The position numbers and the translations under genes were made by a program. The notes under the pieces were generated by a model. That model saw nothing but the letters and a program-made list of their open reading frames with translations. It made no database searches and was not told where the DNA came from. From an uncultured Thermoleophilia bacterium (GTDB lineage: Bacteria; Actinomycetota; Thermoleophilia; UBA2241): 45,317 nucleotides of DNA. Positions 18,326 to 27,589 of this stretch are shown here, one piece after another. Every line of letters begins with the position of its first letter. The first letter of the stretch is position 1. The stretch is from NCBI GenBank assembly GCA_963715985.1, contig CAVQSP010000005.1, positions 1-45,317 of the forward strand, written 5' to 3'.

Positions 18326-18423
18326 CAGCGCCCTTCTCGCCGGCGCGGGCCCCCGAAGGGCCGCCCGCGCCGGACTCGCCGTGTACACTCCCGCTTGGGG
18401 ACCCGAGAGTGAGGCGGCACGGC

Positions 18424-19065
18424 ATGGCGGACACCGGCGGCGAACAGACACCGCGCCGCGACTTCAAGAGCAGGTCGCGTGCCGCCTTCGACCGCCAGGC
18501 GCGCGACTACGACACGGCGCCGTGCGGTCGGCACGCGCGGCGCCTGCACGACGACGTGATGACGGCGGTGAGCACGTTCAGCTCCGCCGACGTGCTCGAC
18601 GTCGGCTGTGGCACGGGCGCCACACTCGCCGCCATCCTCACCGCGCATCCGGAGGTGCGCGCCCTGGGCATCGACCTCTCCCCGCAGATGGTCGCCGTCG
18701 CCCGTGAGCGGCTCGGCGACGGCGCCGACGTGCAGGTCGCCGACGCGGAGCACCTCCCGCTGGCCGACGGCTCTGTGGACCTCGTGACCTGCGTCGACTC
18801 GCTGCACCACTACCCGGATCCCCGCGCAGCCCTGGCAGAGATGCACCGCGTCACGCGCCCCGGCGGCGGGCTCGTGCTCGGCGAGTGGCGGGCGGCAGCG
18901 CCCTTCCGCCAGTTGCTCAACTGGCTGCTGCCGCGCCTGCCGGAGGGCGACGTGCGCATCTACACCGCCGCCGAGCTGACGCGGCTGGCCGAGGCGGCAG
19001 GCTACCGCGTGGAAGCCTGCGCTCGCGCGGGCGTGCGCGGACAGCTGCTGGTCGCGCGCCGCTGA
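18424..19065 (+). CDS. Class I SAM-dependent methyltransferase (UbiE-like)
   Basis: VLDVGCGTG, GIDLSPQM, DAEHLPL, LHHYPDP..RVTRPGG. Confidence 0.93.
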   Translation: MADTGGEQTPRRDFKSRSRAAFDRQARDYDTAPCGRHARRLHDDVMTAVSTFSSADVLDVGCGTGATLAAILTAHPEVRALGIDLSPQMVAVARERLGDGADVQVADAEHLPLADGSVDLVTCVDSLHHYPDPRAALAEMHRVTRPGGGLVLGEWRAAAPFRQLLNWLLPRLPEGDVRIYTAAELTRLAEAAGYRVEACARAGVRGQLLVARR

Positions 19066-19171
19066 CGGCGGACGCGCACGCGCTCACGCGCCTCCCGAGG
19101 CACCTGCCTCAACGCCGGGCCCGTGCCGGGCGCGGGAACACTAGGATCGTGAGGTCGACCGCCAGGAGGGG

Positions 19172-19615
19172 GTGACCACGATGTTCGAGGCGTTCGCGAC
19201 GCGGCGGGACCGCACCCGCAGCTTCCTGCTCTTGGCGCTCTGCGCGGCGCTCGCCGGCGCGACGGTCCTGCTCACCAGGCTCGGCTTCAACCCGGCCGGC
19301 CTCCGCGGCCTGCTGGCGTTCCTCGCCGCCTGTGCCTTCGTGTCCGCGTTCGCGCACCCCTGGAAGACGTCGAAGAAGTACGTGCACCTCATCTACGCCT
19401 CGGCGGCCGGCCTGGCGGCCTGCGTCGTCCTCACCAACGTGTTCGAGATCCTCGCCGCGGCGGCGGGGGACTCGGGCCTGCTGCACGGCGCCCTCGACGC
19501 GGCCTCGCTGGTCTGCTTCGCCGGTGCGCTTCTGCTGTGCCCGGCCGGCCTGCTGGTCGGCGTTCTCGGCGCGCTGGTCAGGTACCGGCACGAGGGGCAG
19601 CCCATGCTGCGGTAG
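19172..19615 (+). CDS. Four-TM hypothetical membrane protein
   Basis: RBS AGGAGG; hydrophobic helices; AFAHPW, LTNVFE, LCPAG motifs. Confidence 0.75.
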   Translation: MTTMFEAFATRRDRTRSFLLLALCAALAGATVLLTRLGFNPAGLRGLLAFLAACAFVSAFAHPWKTSKKYVHLIYASAAGLAACVVLTNVFEILAAAAGDSGLLHGALDAASLVCFAGALLLCPAGLLVGVLGALVRYRHEGQPMLR

Positions 19616-19665
19616 GCGAGGCAGGGCGCGATCTCGCCGCCGCCCGACAACGACGGCCTGCTCTG

Positions 19666-19761
19666 TCAGCCCCGCCGGCTGATCGCGAGGCCGACCGCCA
19701 CAGCCACGACGGCCAGCAGGACGATCACGAAGAACGGGTTCACGGCAAGCGCGACGATCAT
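19666..19761 (-). CDS. Possible 31-aa single-TM micropeptide
   Basis: MIVALAVNPFFVIVLLAVVAVAVGLAISRRG; high GC3, positive C-tail; weak RBS. Confidence 0.4.
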   Translation of the reverse strand: MIVALAVNPFFVIVLLAVVAVAVGLAISRRG

Positions 19762-19839
19762 CTCAGAGGAGCACGTACCCGGCGCGCGGCCGGCCAGTCC
19801 CGTTTACGGCGATCCCACACGCTTTCGGCTCCCACCAGA

Positions 19840-20058
19840 GTGACGAATGTCGGCGGAGGAGGGGACAGGCGCGCCGGCCGCCGAGTGGGTCTGCACCCGG
19901 TTCCTCGTCGACGCGCGCGACCAGGACCGCGACAGCGGGTCCGTCTTCGATATCCCCAAGCGCGCCGAGTCCCTCGCGTCACTGCCGCTCGGGACAGGGG
20001 CCTGAACGTCCTGATGTTCAGCTGTCGCGAGGGCGCCCCCGACTGGCTGGCAGAGTAG
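19840..20058 (+). pseudogene. Degraded STAS/SEC14 (SpoIIAA-like) remnant
   Basis: Fragments in different frames: CTRFLVDARDQ..SVFDIPKRAESL and AARDRGLNVLMFSCREGAPDWLAE. Confidence 0.4.
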
Positions 20059-20610
20059 GCCGCAGTCTCCTGAGCTCGCGCTCGAGGGCCCAGAGCACCT
20101 GCGTCTCGAAGCCGGGCAGGTAGTCGTAGGAGTGGTGCCGCTCGCCCAGCGACGTGAAACCAAGCTTCTCGAGCACCCGGCTGGCCGCGACGTTGTCCGG
20201 GTGCGTCTCCGCGACCACCCTGGCGGCGCCGAGGCCCTCAAAGGCGATGCGCACGAGGGCCTGCGAGATCTCCGTCGCGAAGCCGCGCCCCTGGTGCGCG
20301 GGCAGCACGAACCACGAGAGCTCCATGCCGGGCTCGCCGGGCACGGTGTCTCTTGTGAGCCCGGCCGTGCCGATCGCCTCTCGCGAGTCCCTGCGCACGA
20401 GCACCCCGGACCAGCGCTGCCCGACACCCCAGTCGTCGCGCCACTCCTGTAGCGCGTCAGCGACCTTGTCCGCGGTCCAGACGCCCCCGAGAAGGCGCAT
20501 CATCACCGGGTCGCAGAACACGCGCTCGAGGGCGGGCCGTCACCCGGCCACGGGCGTCTCATCAGCAGCCGAGCCGACTCGGCCAGAACGTCATTCGGGT
20601 CAGACTGCAT
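20018..20610 (-). CDS. RimJ/RimL-type GNAT N-acetyltransferase; apparent frameshift near 20533
   Basis: GGAG before ATG 20610 gives MQSDPNDVLAESARLLMRRPWPGD, joined by one base to PALERVFCDPVMM; HQGRGFATE, NVAASRVLEKLGF. Confidence 0.85.
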
Positions 20611-20822
20611 GTTCGGCTCCGGCACGGAACGATCGTGCGTCTACTCCCTGGCGGAGACCTCGGCGGTGACGACCTCCTCCCGCACTCAGCCCCCGCCGGC
20701 CGATGTCCCGCACCCCGGCACCCTCAGCCAGGATGACGATGCGGGCGACGCAGAGAGCCGTCACGACGAGTCTGGTGACGATGCGCACACCCCTCCCCGC
20801 TGTCGATCCGCCGCGCGCCTGG

Positions 20823-21272
20823 CTAGCGCAGCGTCGAGACGGTCAGCTGAACGTCGTAGCCGGGACCGCCCTTGGGGCGGAACCGCTGCGTGAAGAAGAT
20901 CCTGTACTTGCCCGGCCAGATGGGCTCGACGACCATCGCCTCGTCATCCACAAGGTTGACGCCCGCGCCGGAGAGAGGCGACACGGTCTGTCCGTAGTTC
21001 ATGCCCTTCTCGACGTTGAAGATGCGAAACGTCAGCTTGACCGGCGGCCGCTCCGGGCCGGAGAGGACCCACCCGACCCGGACGCGGGCTCCCAGATCGT
21101 AGATGCCCAGGTTCAGCTTGACCGGCTGTGCACCCGAGATCTGTGTGGTGAGGACCTTCTCCCACTTCGCGGCTGGGCTGGGGGAAGCCTTGTCCGTGGC
21201 GCTCCCACCGCAGGCGGCCGCCAGGATCGCGAGCGCGAACGCGCCGAGCACAGTCGCGGCCAGCCTAGTCAT
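20823..21272 (-). CDS. Hypothetical lipoprotein
   Basis: Lipobox LAAAC-GG followed by an SPSP linker and a beta-rich domain. Confidence 0.75.
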   Translation of the reverse strand: MTRLAATVLGAFALAILAAACGGSATDKASPSPAAKWEKVLTTQISGAQPVKLNLGIYDLGARVRVGWVLSGPERPPVKLTFRIFNVEKGMNYGQTVSPLSGAGVNLVDDEAMVVEPIWPGKYRIFFTQRFRPKGGPGYDVQLTVSTLR

Positions 21273-21468
21273 CGGGCGCCATCCCCTTGGTCTCCCTTCC
21301 GCTGCCTTCAGGCACGAACCCTAGCACCCGCGTCGGAGCGATGCGCAGCCCGAGCGAACACCTGGACCGTTGCGGATGCTCGGCACCGGCACACACCAGT
21401 CGGCCTCGAGTCCGTGCCGGAACCCCGGCTCAGGCGGCACGACATGGCGCCGCGGCGCCGGCGAGCCT

Positions 21469-21517
21469 CAAACGAAGGCCGGCGGGGCGGGTGGCGCAGC
21501 CACCCGCCCCGCCGGCC
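21469..21517 (-). terminator. Rho-independent terminator
   Basis: Long perfect GC stem (ggccggcggggcgggtggc/gccacccgccccgccggcc) followed by TTCGTTTG on the minus strand. Confidence 0.8.
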
Positions 21518-21526
21518 GAAAGCGTC

Positions 21527-21578
21527 GGCGTCAGGCTGCCTTTGCCTCGACTGGCGTCAGGCTGCCTTCGCCTTGTAG
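21527..21578. repeat. 26-bp tandem duplication of a gene 3' end
   Basis: ggcgtcaggctgcctttgcctcgact / ggcgtcaggctgccttcgccttgtag (21 of the first 23 bases identical). Confidence 0.8.
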
Positions 21579-21853
21579 TCCGCTGCGTCGGCCTCCGAGG
21601 CCCATGTGATGCGCGGCTCGCTGACGACGCCGCCCTTCTCCATGGCCTCCTTCAGGGAGGGGTCGGCGGCAAAGGCCTCGCCCGCCTCCCTGGAGGGGAA
21701 GTGGTTGACGACCGTGACTTCGTTGGGATCGTCCAGGCCCCGGTAGAGCTCGTGGCCCGTGGCGCCGTGTCGCCTGCGTACGTCTCCGTGCTCGTCGAAC
21801 ACGGCCTTCCATGCGTCGTAGTCACGAACCCTATGCTGCACGATAACCACCAT
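21557..21853 (-). CDS. Dimeric alpha-beta barrel (ABM/cyclase-like) small protein
   Basis: HRVRDYDAWKAVFD..RR.HG..YRGLDDPNEV..LKEAMEKGGV..P. Confidence 0.85.
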   Translation of the reverse strand: MVVIVQHRVRDYDAWKAVFDEHGDVRRRHGATGHELYRGLDDPNEVTVVNHFPSREAGEAFAADPSLKEAMEKGGVVSEPRITWASEADAADYKAKAA

Positions 21854-21998
21854 GATGGCCTCTCAATGTAGGCAGCGCCGCTCCCGTCAGGAGGCGCGCG
21901 ACTGATAGCGATAGAGGCTTCTACCGCACTAAAGGCAGACCTAACCCTGCGGATGCCACCGGCGACGTATCACGCGCCTACGAGAGCAAGGAGAAGCA

Positions 21999-22220
21999 GT
22001 GAACCGACAGCGCGAGTCCCGTGTGAGTCAGGTGACGTGATTCGACTTCGAGGCGAGCTGCACCGACCCTGACGGGGCACGCTACTGTGGCACGACGGCT
22101 GCGGGCTCCGCGTGGACCCCAAGACGCTGGACGTGGCGCCGGTCACGGACCCGTCACGCCGGCCCCAAGGTCCGTGACTCGCCATGCGACTCGGCGAACA
22201 GGAGCTCGTCGAAGGCGTAG
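21999..22220 (+). other. Small ORF interrupted by an in-frame TGA (22038-22040): selenoprotein candidate or pseudogene
   Basis: RBS AAGGAG, GTG start, sigma28-like promoter 21930-21956; MNRQRESRVSQVT*FDFEASCTDPDGARY; possible further frameshift near 22085. Confidence 0.4.
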
Positions 22221-22270
22221 AGGGCGAGGCGAGGCGGCACGTCCGCGCGCAGCGCCCGGAGGTGGCCCGC

Positions 22271-23704
22271 TCAGACGCCCGTCTGTGCCTTGACCCTACC
22301 CGTCTCCACCGCCTCGCGCAGCGCCTGGAAGTCCTTCCAGTTCTGCTCGGTGTACGCCTCGGCGAAGTCGGCCACGGCCCTGTCGAAGGAGTCGCCGCTC
22401 CCCATGTAGCCCGCGATGGCGATGCGGTCGCCCGTCCGCGCGTGCGCCCGCGCCAGCGTCCAGGCGCACATCTCCGCGTAGCGCGGCCAGGAGTCGGCGG
22501 CCATGGCCTCCACGCTGAACGCGCCCTTGCCGTCCCACAGCTGGCGCACGTAGAAGTCGTAGCGGCCGCCGTCGAACCCGATAACGTGGTACGAGCCAAG
22601 CAGTACATCGCTCACCGCCTGCATCAGCTTCTGACCCTCCACGACGCGCTTGCCGGCGTGCCGGTAGCGGCTGCGGCCCACGAAGCGCTCCATCACCGAG
22701 GCCTGGGCCTGCTTCGACTGCAGGAACAGGGGGTCGGCGTCGTCGCGACCGGCGAAGTGCAGCACCCAGGCGCGCGTGCCCACGCTGCCCACGCCGACCA
22801 CTTTGCGGGCCATGCCGCGGAACCGGTAGAGGTCGTACAGGGCCTGCCGGTCGTGCGGCAGGCTCTCGCGGTAGCCGTGCAGCGCCGCCTCGACGGTGTG
22901 CGCGTAGTTCCTCCGCTCGCCGTCGCTGAGGAGCTCCTCAGCGGGCACCATCAGGGGAGGCTCGCTTCTGAGCCGGATCTTGCCGTCCACCGTGTACGTC
23001 AGTCGGGACAGCGCGCGCAGGTCGTCCTTGGCCACCGCGCGAGAGAGGTCCTTCGCGAAGCGCCGGGCATCGCCGCCGTGCAAGGACTGGCTCTGCTCGC
23101 GCAGACTGTCGACGTCGAGGTGCGCGTACCAGACGTCGACGGCGCGGGCCTCCGCCATCTCCATCATGGCCTCGCGGTACTTGCGCACGCAGGCGAGGAG
23201 GATGGCACGCCGCATCTTCGTGTCGAAGCCGCGGTCCTGGGCGGCCACCTCGAAGCTCGCGGCGAGGCGCTTGACGTCCCACTCCCACGGCCCCGGCAGC
23301 GTCTCGTCGAAGTCGTTGATGTCGAAGACGAGCCGGCGTTGCGGCGACTGGAACAGGCCGAAGTTCATCAGGTGAGCGTCGCCGCAGAGCTGGGCCGTCA
23401 GCCCAGAGACGGGCAGGCCGGCGAGGTCCGACGCCATCAGCAGGGCGCCGCCGCGGTAGAAGGCGGCCGGCGAGGTGAGCATGCGGCCGTAGCGGATGGG
23501 CACGAGGTCCGGGGCGCGCTCGAGCGCCTGCTCCTCGAGGAGGGCGACCGGATCGGGACGGTCTGCGGCCGGCTTCCAGTCGGCGTGCGCGGAGCGGGGC
23601 GCGCGCTTGCGCGCCTCCTTGCCGTGCGCGGCGCGCTCCTTGGGAGTCTCCTTGATGCGCTGCCTGATGTCCGGAAGCGCCTCGGGTACGACGCCAGCAT
23701 TCAC
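22271..23704 (-). CDS. DUF2252 domain protein (kinase-like fold)
   Basis: LVPIRYGRM..FYRG, QLCGDAHLMNFG, FDINDFDETLPGPWEWDVKRL, KVVGVGSVGTR, YVRQLWD.K, LARAHARTGD. Confidence 0.95.
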   Translation of the reverse strand: MNAGVVPEALPDIRQRIKETPKERAAHGKEARKRAPRSAHADWKPAADRPDPVALLEEQALERAPDLVPIRYGRMLTSPAAFYRGGALLMASDLAGLPVSGLTAQLCGDAHLMNFGLFQSPQRRLVFDINDFDETLPGPWEWDVKRLAASFEVAAQDRGFDTKMRRAILLACVRKYREAMMEMAEARAVDVWYAHLDVDSLREQSQSLHGGDARRFAKDLSRAVAKDDLRALSRLTYTVDGKIRLRSEPPLMVPAEELLSDGERRNYAHTVEAALHGYRESLPHDRQALYDLYRFRGMARKVVGVGSVGTRAWVLHFAGRDDADPLFLQSKQAQASVMERFVGRSRYRHAGKRVVEGQKLMQAVSDVLLGSYHVIGFDGGRYDFYVRQLWDGKGAFSVEAMAADSWPRYAEMCAWTLARAHARTGDRIAIAGYMGSGDSFDRAVADFAEAYTEQNWKDFQALREAVETGRVKAQTGV

Positions 23705-23832
23705 GGTCAGGACCGCCCGGAGACGGTCGGAGTCGTCACTGCGATCATGGCGTGACCCCCGCGTTGGTCGTTCGGATGGACGTCACTATGCTCGCGCACC
23801 GGCGGACCCAAACACCCCGGATGGCGCCGGCG

Positions 23833-24600
23833 TCAGGGCGCCGGCGCACTGCTCGCCGCCTCCGCGGTGGACTGGTCGCTCTTGCGGCCCGCAGCCCAGG
23901 CCTGTGCCCGCAGGCCCACGAGCATGGCGACGAACGTCACCAGATAGACCTGGCCCGACACGGCCTCGGCCGTCGAGACGAGGCGCGCAAACGGGGTGAC
24001 GGCGGTCAGATCACCATACCCGACGGTCGTGAGCGTGCTGAGACTGAAGTACATGAACGACGTGGACGGCTGCGCCTGACCGAAGAACGGGGTGGCTTGA
24101 GCAGCGTCGATGCTGAGAAACGCGTAGCAGAAGGCGATGGGGATCAGCAGAAAAGCGGAGATGGCTCCCAGCAGCGTGCCCGTGGTGACCGTGCGGTGAT
24201 GGATGAGCCGACGCACGATGACGATCGGCGCCAGCGCAGCCAGCACGAGCAGCGACCAGGGATGCGTGCTGTTGTTGATACTGGCGACAGGCACGTCGGT
24301 CACCAGATCGGCCAGGACGAAGAACACGAGCACCACGACGATGGCGCCGACGACCACATCCGCGACTAACTGCCACTTGCGCGCGACCCCCGATGCGCGC
24401 ATCGCCAGCATCAGCGTGATGCCCACCAGCAGCGTCGTGGCCGCCGAAGCGACCGCCGCCAGCAGATGGCCGGATGTCGACGTGAGGTCGACGAGAGCCA
24501 GCGCGATGATGCTCACGACCGCGAGGAGCAGTACCCACCCGAAGCGGTCGAGGTGGACGGACCTGTCGTCGAACGGGCGGAGCTTCGGTCTTGCGGGCAT
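23833..24600 (-). CDS. Potassium-channel-family (Ion_trans_2) membrane protein
   Basis: YFSLSTLTTVGYGD selectivity filter; EAVSGQVYL; RBS AAGGAGG. Confidence 0.92.
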   Translation of the reverse strand: MPARPKLRPFDDRSVHLDRFGWVLLLAVVSIIALALVDLTSTSGHLLAAVASAATTLLVGITLMLAMRASGVARKWQLVADVVVGAIVVVLVFFVLADLVTDVPVASINNSTHPWSLLVLAALAPIVIVRRLIHHRTVTTGTLLGAISAFLLIPIAFCYAFLSIDAAQATPFFGQAQPSTSFMYFSLSTLTTVGYGDLTAVTPFARLVSTAEAVSGQVYLVTFVAMLVGLRAQAWAAGRKSDQSTAEAASSAPAP

Positions 24601-24727
24601 GACGCCTCCTTGAGCGGCGGACGATGGACTACGACCCCTGACTATTCGCCGCCCAGGGATCCCGCCCGCCTTCGGCGGGCCGCCATCCGTGCTCCTGCTC
24701 TTCGACGCTCGGCCGTGCAGGGCGCAC

Positions 24728-25243
24728 TCAAGATAGAGCGCCGTCCGGCGGCGTGTGGGGCGGAAGCTCCGCGGCGTAGCGCGCGACGATCGCCGCGAGT
24801 CCGTCCAGATACCCGCCGATGCGCCGCCGGTCCTCCGTCGTCAGTCCGCGCGCCAGCTCCATCACTTCGTCGACCATGGGGTGCAGGAGCGCCATGGTCT
24901 CCGAGCGCGCAGTGCCGGTGAGGCGCACGAGGAGCTTGCGCCTGTCGCTCGGGTGGGGCACGCGGACGACGTGCCCGCGCCGTTCGAGCCTGTCCAGCAG
25001 CGCGGTCACTGCGCCGGTCCGGATGTGCAGACGATGCGCGAGCTCTGTCGGCCCGAGGTCGCCGTCCATACCGAGCCACTCGATGGCAAGGAGCTCGGCC
25101 TGCGTCATGCCCATACGACTCGACGTCTCGAGGTGCATGCCGACCGCCGCCATGTCGAACCGACGCGCAGCCCGCGCAAGCTCCGCGGGCGTGTACTCGA
25201 CACCGTTGTCGCCTGACCTTTCAGACCTGCTCTCTGCTCTCAT
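24728..25243 (-). CDS. MarR-family transcriptional regulator
   Basis: LGPTELAHRL..GAVTALLDRLERRGHVVRVPHPSDRR; RBS before ATG 25243. Confidence 0.93.
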   Translation of the reverse strand: MRAESRSERSGDNGVEYTPAELARAARRFDMAAVGMHLETSSRMGMTQAELLAIEWLGMDGDLGPTELAHRLHIRTGAVTALLDRLERRGHVVRVPHPSDRRKLLVRLTGTARSETMALLHPMVDEVMELARGLTTEDRRRIGGYLDGLAAIVARYAAELPPHTPPDGALS

Positions 25244-25248
25244 TCTCC

Positions 25249-25265
25249 TACTCCTCAGAAGAGTA
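25249..25265. promoter_or_regulatory. Putative MarR operator TACTC-N7-GAGTA overlapping the marR RBS
   Basis: tactcctcagaagagta, a near-perfect 17-bp palindrome. Confidence 0.6.
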
Positions 25266-25535
25266 TCTTCTTCATTGAGATTCCCATCCACGGTGATTCT
25301 AGACCGCGCGGCCGACAGGGGCCAGCACGACGTGCGGTACCGACCGAGCACAAGCGACTTCGCCGCGGGCGCCTCGCACCTCCGGGTGATCCGTTCTGGG
25401 GCCGTGGTCAGTCCGCCGATCCCAGCCACCGGCCTCACCCTTCGTTCTGATGGCACCGTTTGCGCCTGACTCCCGCACTCTCACGGCACTCACCCCACCT
25501 CGTGGCCGAGCGAGGCAACGCGGCCGCAGCGAGGA

Positions 25536-25588
25536 TTACTGCTCTATTGATGAGTTACTCAATAGAATGATTACTTTACGAGAGAGTG
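25536..25588. promoter_or_regulatory. AT-rich tandem operator-like sites upstream of the fasciclin gene
   Basis: TGCTC-N7-GAGTT (25540-25556), TACTT-N7-GAGTG (25572-25588); also TCTATTGA-N8-TCAATAGA (25543-25566). Confidence 0.55.
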
Positions 25589-25708
25589 GGGAATCGAGTA
25601 CCTGTGAGCTCCGGCCGGCAGGACCTCGAGGGAACGACCGGTAATCGGACAAACGCCGCTCCAGACGGATCTCATGCGGGTAGCGCGGCAGAGAAGAAGG
25701 AAACGACA

Positions 25709-26245
25709 ATGAGACGTTTATGGATCATCATCGCGGTGGTGGCTCTCCTGGCCCTGCCCGCCGTCATCGCGGCGTGCGGAAGCAGCTCCGAAGAGGCCGC
25801 CTCACCGTCGCCCTCGCCGACAATGGCGCAGAAAGACATCGTAGACACCGCCGTCGATGCGGGCAGCTTCACCACCCTGGTCACCGCCTTGCAGGCGGCA
25901 GGCCTTGACCAGACGCTGAAGGGCGAAGGCCCGTTCACCGTGTTCGCCCCAACGGACGACGCGTTCGCCGCGGTGCCCAAGGAGACGCTCGACGCGCTGC
26001 TCGCCGATCCCAAGGGTGCGCTGACCGACGTCCTCACCTATCACGTGGTGCCCGGCAAGGTCATGTCCGGCGATCTCTCCGACGGCATGGAAGCCACCAC
26101 GGTGAACGGCGCGACCCTCACGATCACCGTCAAGGACGACGGCACGGTCATGATCAACGACGCGACCGTGACCACCGCCGACATCGAGACGGCCAACGGC
26201 GTCATCCATGTGATCGACGCAGTGCTGATCCCGCCCAGCAACTAA
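25709..26245 (+). CDS. Fasciclin (FAS1) domain lipoprotein, MPB83-like
   Basis: Lipobox IAAC-G; [46 protein letters not shown]. Confidence 0.95.
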   Translation: MRRLWIIIAVVALLALPAVIAACGSSSEEAASPSPSPTMAQKDIVDTAVDAGSFTTLVTALQAAGLDQTLKGEGPFTVFAPTDDAFAAVPKETLDALLADPKGALTDVLTYHVVPGKVMSGDLSDGMEATTVNGATLTITVKDDGTVMINDATVTTADIETANGVIHVIDAVLIPPSN

Positions 26246-26512
26246 CTAGACAGAGCCTTACTGCGCGCGGCCCGGCGGGTCCCTGAGGGACCGCCGGGCC
26301 GCCGTCGCGTACGGCCTTGAGTGGTCGGGACGGGACGCGGCTCGCGAACGGGAAGCGACGAGGCAAGCAGGCGGCGCCACGTCACTCCGACAGTCGGGGC
26401 GGCCGGGACGATGCCATCCGAAAGCCGCAGTCGAATCGCATGGAGTGATCGCCCGACTGGTGCACGCCGCCAGTCAAGATAGACTCTCGCCGTCACGCCA
26501 GAAGGAGGCCCA

Positions 26513-27538
26513 GTGGACTACCACGCCGCGCTCGCCTCAGGCCGCGTGCCGGACGTGTTTCTGCGCGGCCTGGTCCGGCGACGGCTGCGCGAGCGCCTGC
26601 AGCAGCTCGAGGCCGCGACGGGCGGCGACGAAGCAGCGGCGCTGCGCCGCCACGCCGCCGCCCTCGCCCGGGGGCCGCTGGCGATCCACCAGGAGGCGGC
26701 GAACCGCCAGCACTACGAGCTGCCCACGGCCTTCTTCCGCGAGTTCCTCGGGCCGCGGCTCAAGTACAGCTGCTGCCTTTGGCCGCCGGACGTGCAGGAG
26801 CTGACGGCGGCCGAGGAGGCGATGCTGGCGCTCACGTGCCGGCGCGCCGGGCTCGAAGACGGGATGGACGTGCTCGACCTCGGCTGCGGCTGGGGGTCCC
26901 TTGCCCTGTTCATCGCCGAGCGTTACCCGCACTGCAGCGTGACGGCCATGTCCAACTCACGCACGCAGGCTGAGCACATCGCCGCCGCCGGCGCCGCGGC
27001 TGGCGTCGAGTCTGTGACCCCGGTCACCGCGGACATCGCCACCTTCGATCCCGGGCGGCACTTCGACCGCATCCTCTCCGTGGAGATGTTCGAACACGTA
27101 CGCAACTACCGCGAGCTCTTCGCCCGCCTGCGCGGCTGGCTGACACCCGACGGCCGCGTCTTCGTCCACGTGTTCAGCCACGCGCGCTACGCCTACCTGT
27201 TCAACGCCGAGGACCCACGCGACTGGATGGGCTCGCGCTTCTTCAGCGGCGGCCAGATGCCGGCCCACGACCTCTTCCTCGAGTTCGACGACGACCTCGT
27301 CACCGTGGAGCGCTGGTGGCTGCCGGGCGAGCACTACGCGCGCACGCTCGAGGACTGGCTGCGGCGGTACGACGAGCGTGCCGCGGCTCTCCGTCCCTTG
27401 CTGGCCGGGACCTACGGCGCCGCGGCAACCGACTGGGGGGTCGACTGGCGCCTGTTCCTGCTCTCCTGCGCCGAGACGTTCGCATATGGCGACGGGCGGG
27501 AATGGGGCGTTTCACACTACCTGTTCGCGCCCCGGTGA
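26513..27538 (+). CDS. Cyclopropane-fatty-acyl-phospholipid synthase-like SAM methyltransferase (CMAS/coclaurine N-methyltransferase-like subgroup)
   Basis: ANRQHYELP..LGPRLKYSCC, LDLGCGWGS, SNSRTQ, SVEMFEH, WM..FFSGG.MP, HYARTLEDW, EWGVSHYLF. Confidence 0.92.
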   Translation: MDYHAALASGRVPDVFLRGLVRRRLRERLQQLEAATGGDEAAALRRHAAALARGPLAIHQEAANRQHYELPTAFFREFLGPRLKYSCCLWPPDVQELTAAEEAMLALTCRRAGLEDGMDVLDLGCGWGSLALFIAERYPHCSVTAMSNSRTQAEHIAAAGAAAGVESVTPVTADIATFDPGRHFDRILSVEMFEHVRNYRELFARLRGWLTPDGRVFVHVFSHARYAYLFNAEDPRDWMGSRFFSGGQMPAHDLFLEFDDDLVTVERWWLPGEHYARTLEDWLRRYDERAAALRPLLAGTYGAAATDWGVDWRLFLLSCAETFAYGDGREWGVSHYLFAPR

Positions 27539-27589
27539 GACGCAACGCCACCGTCAGGCGGACCGCGACGGCGTCGAGGGAGACCGCTC

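Noticed and set aside
26390-26460. Stem CAGTCGGGGCG..CGCCCGACTG upstream of the methyltransferase
   Set aside because: A single GC-rich stem lying upstream of the likely -10 (TAGACT); such stems are expected by chance at this GC content.
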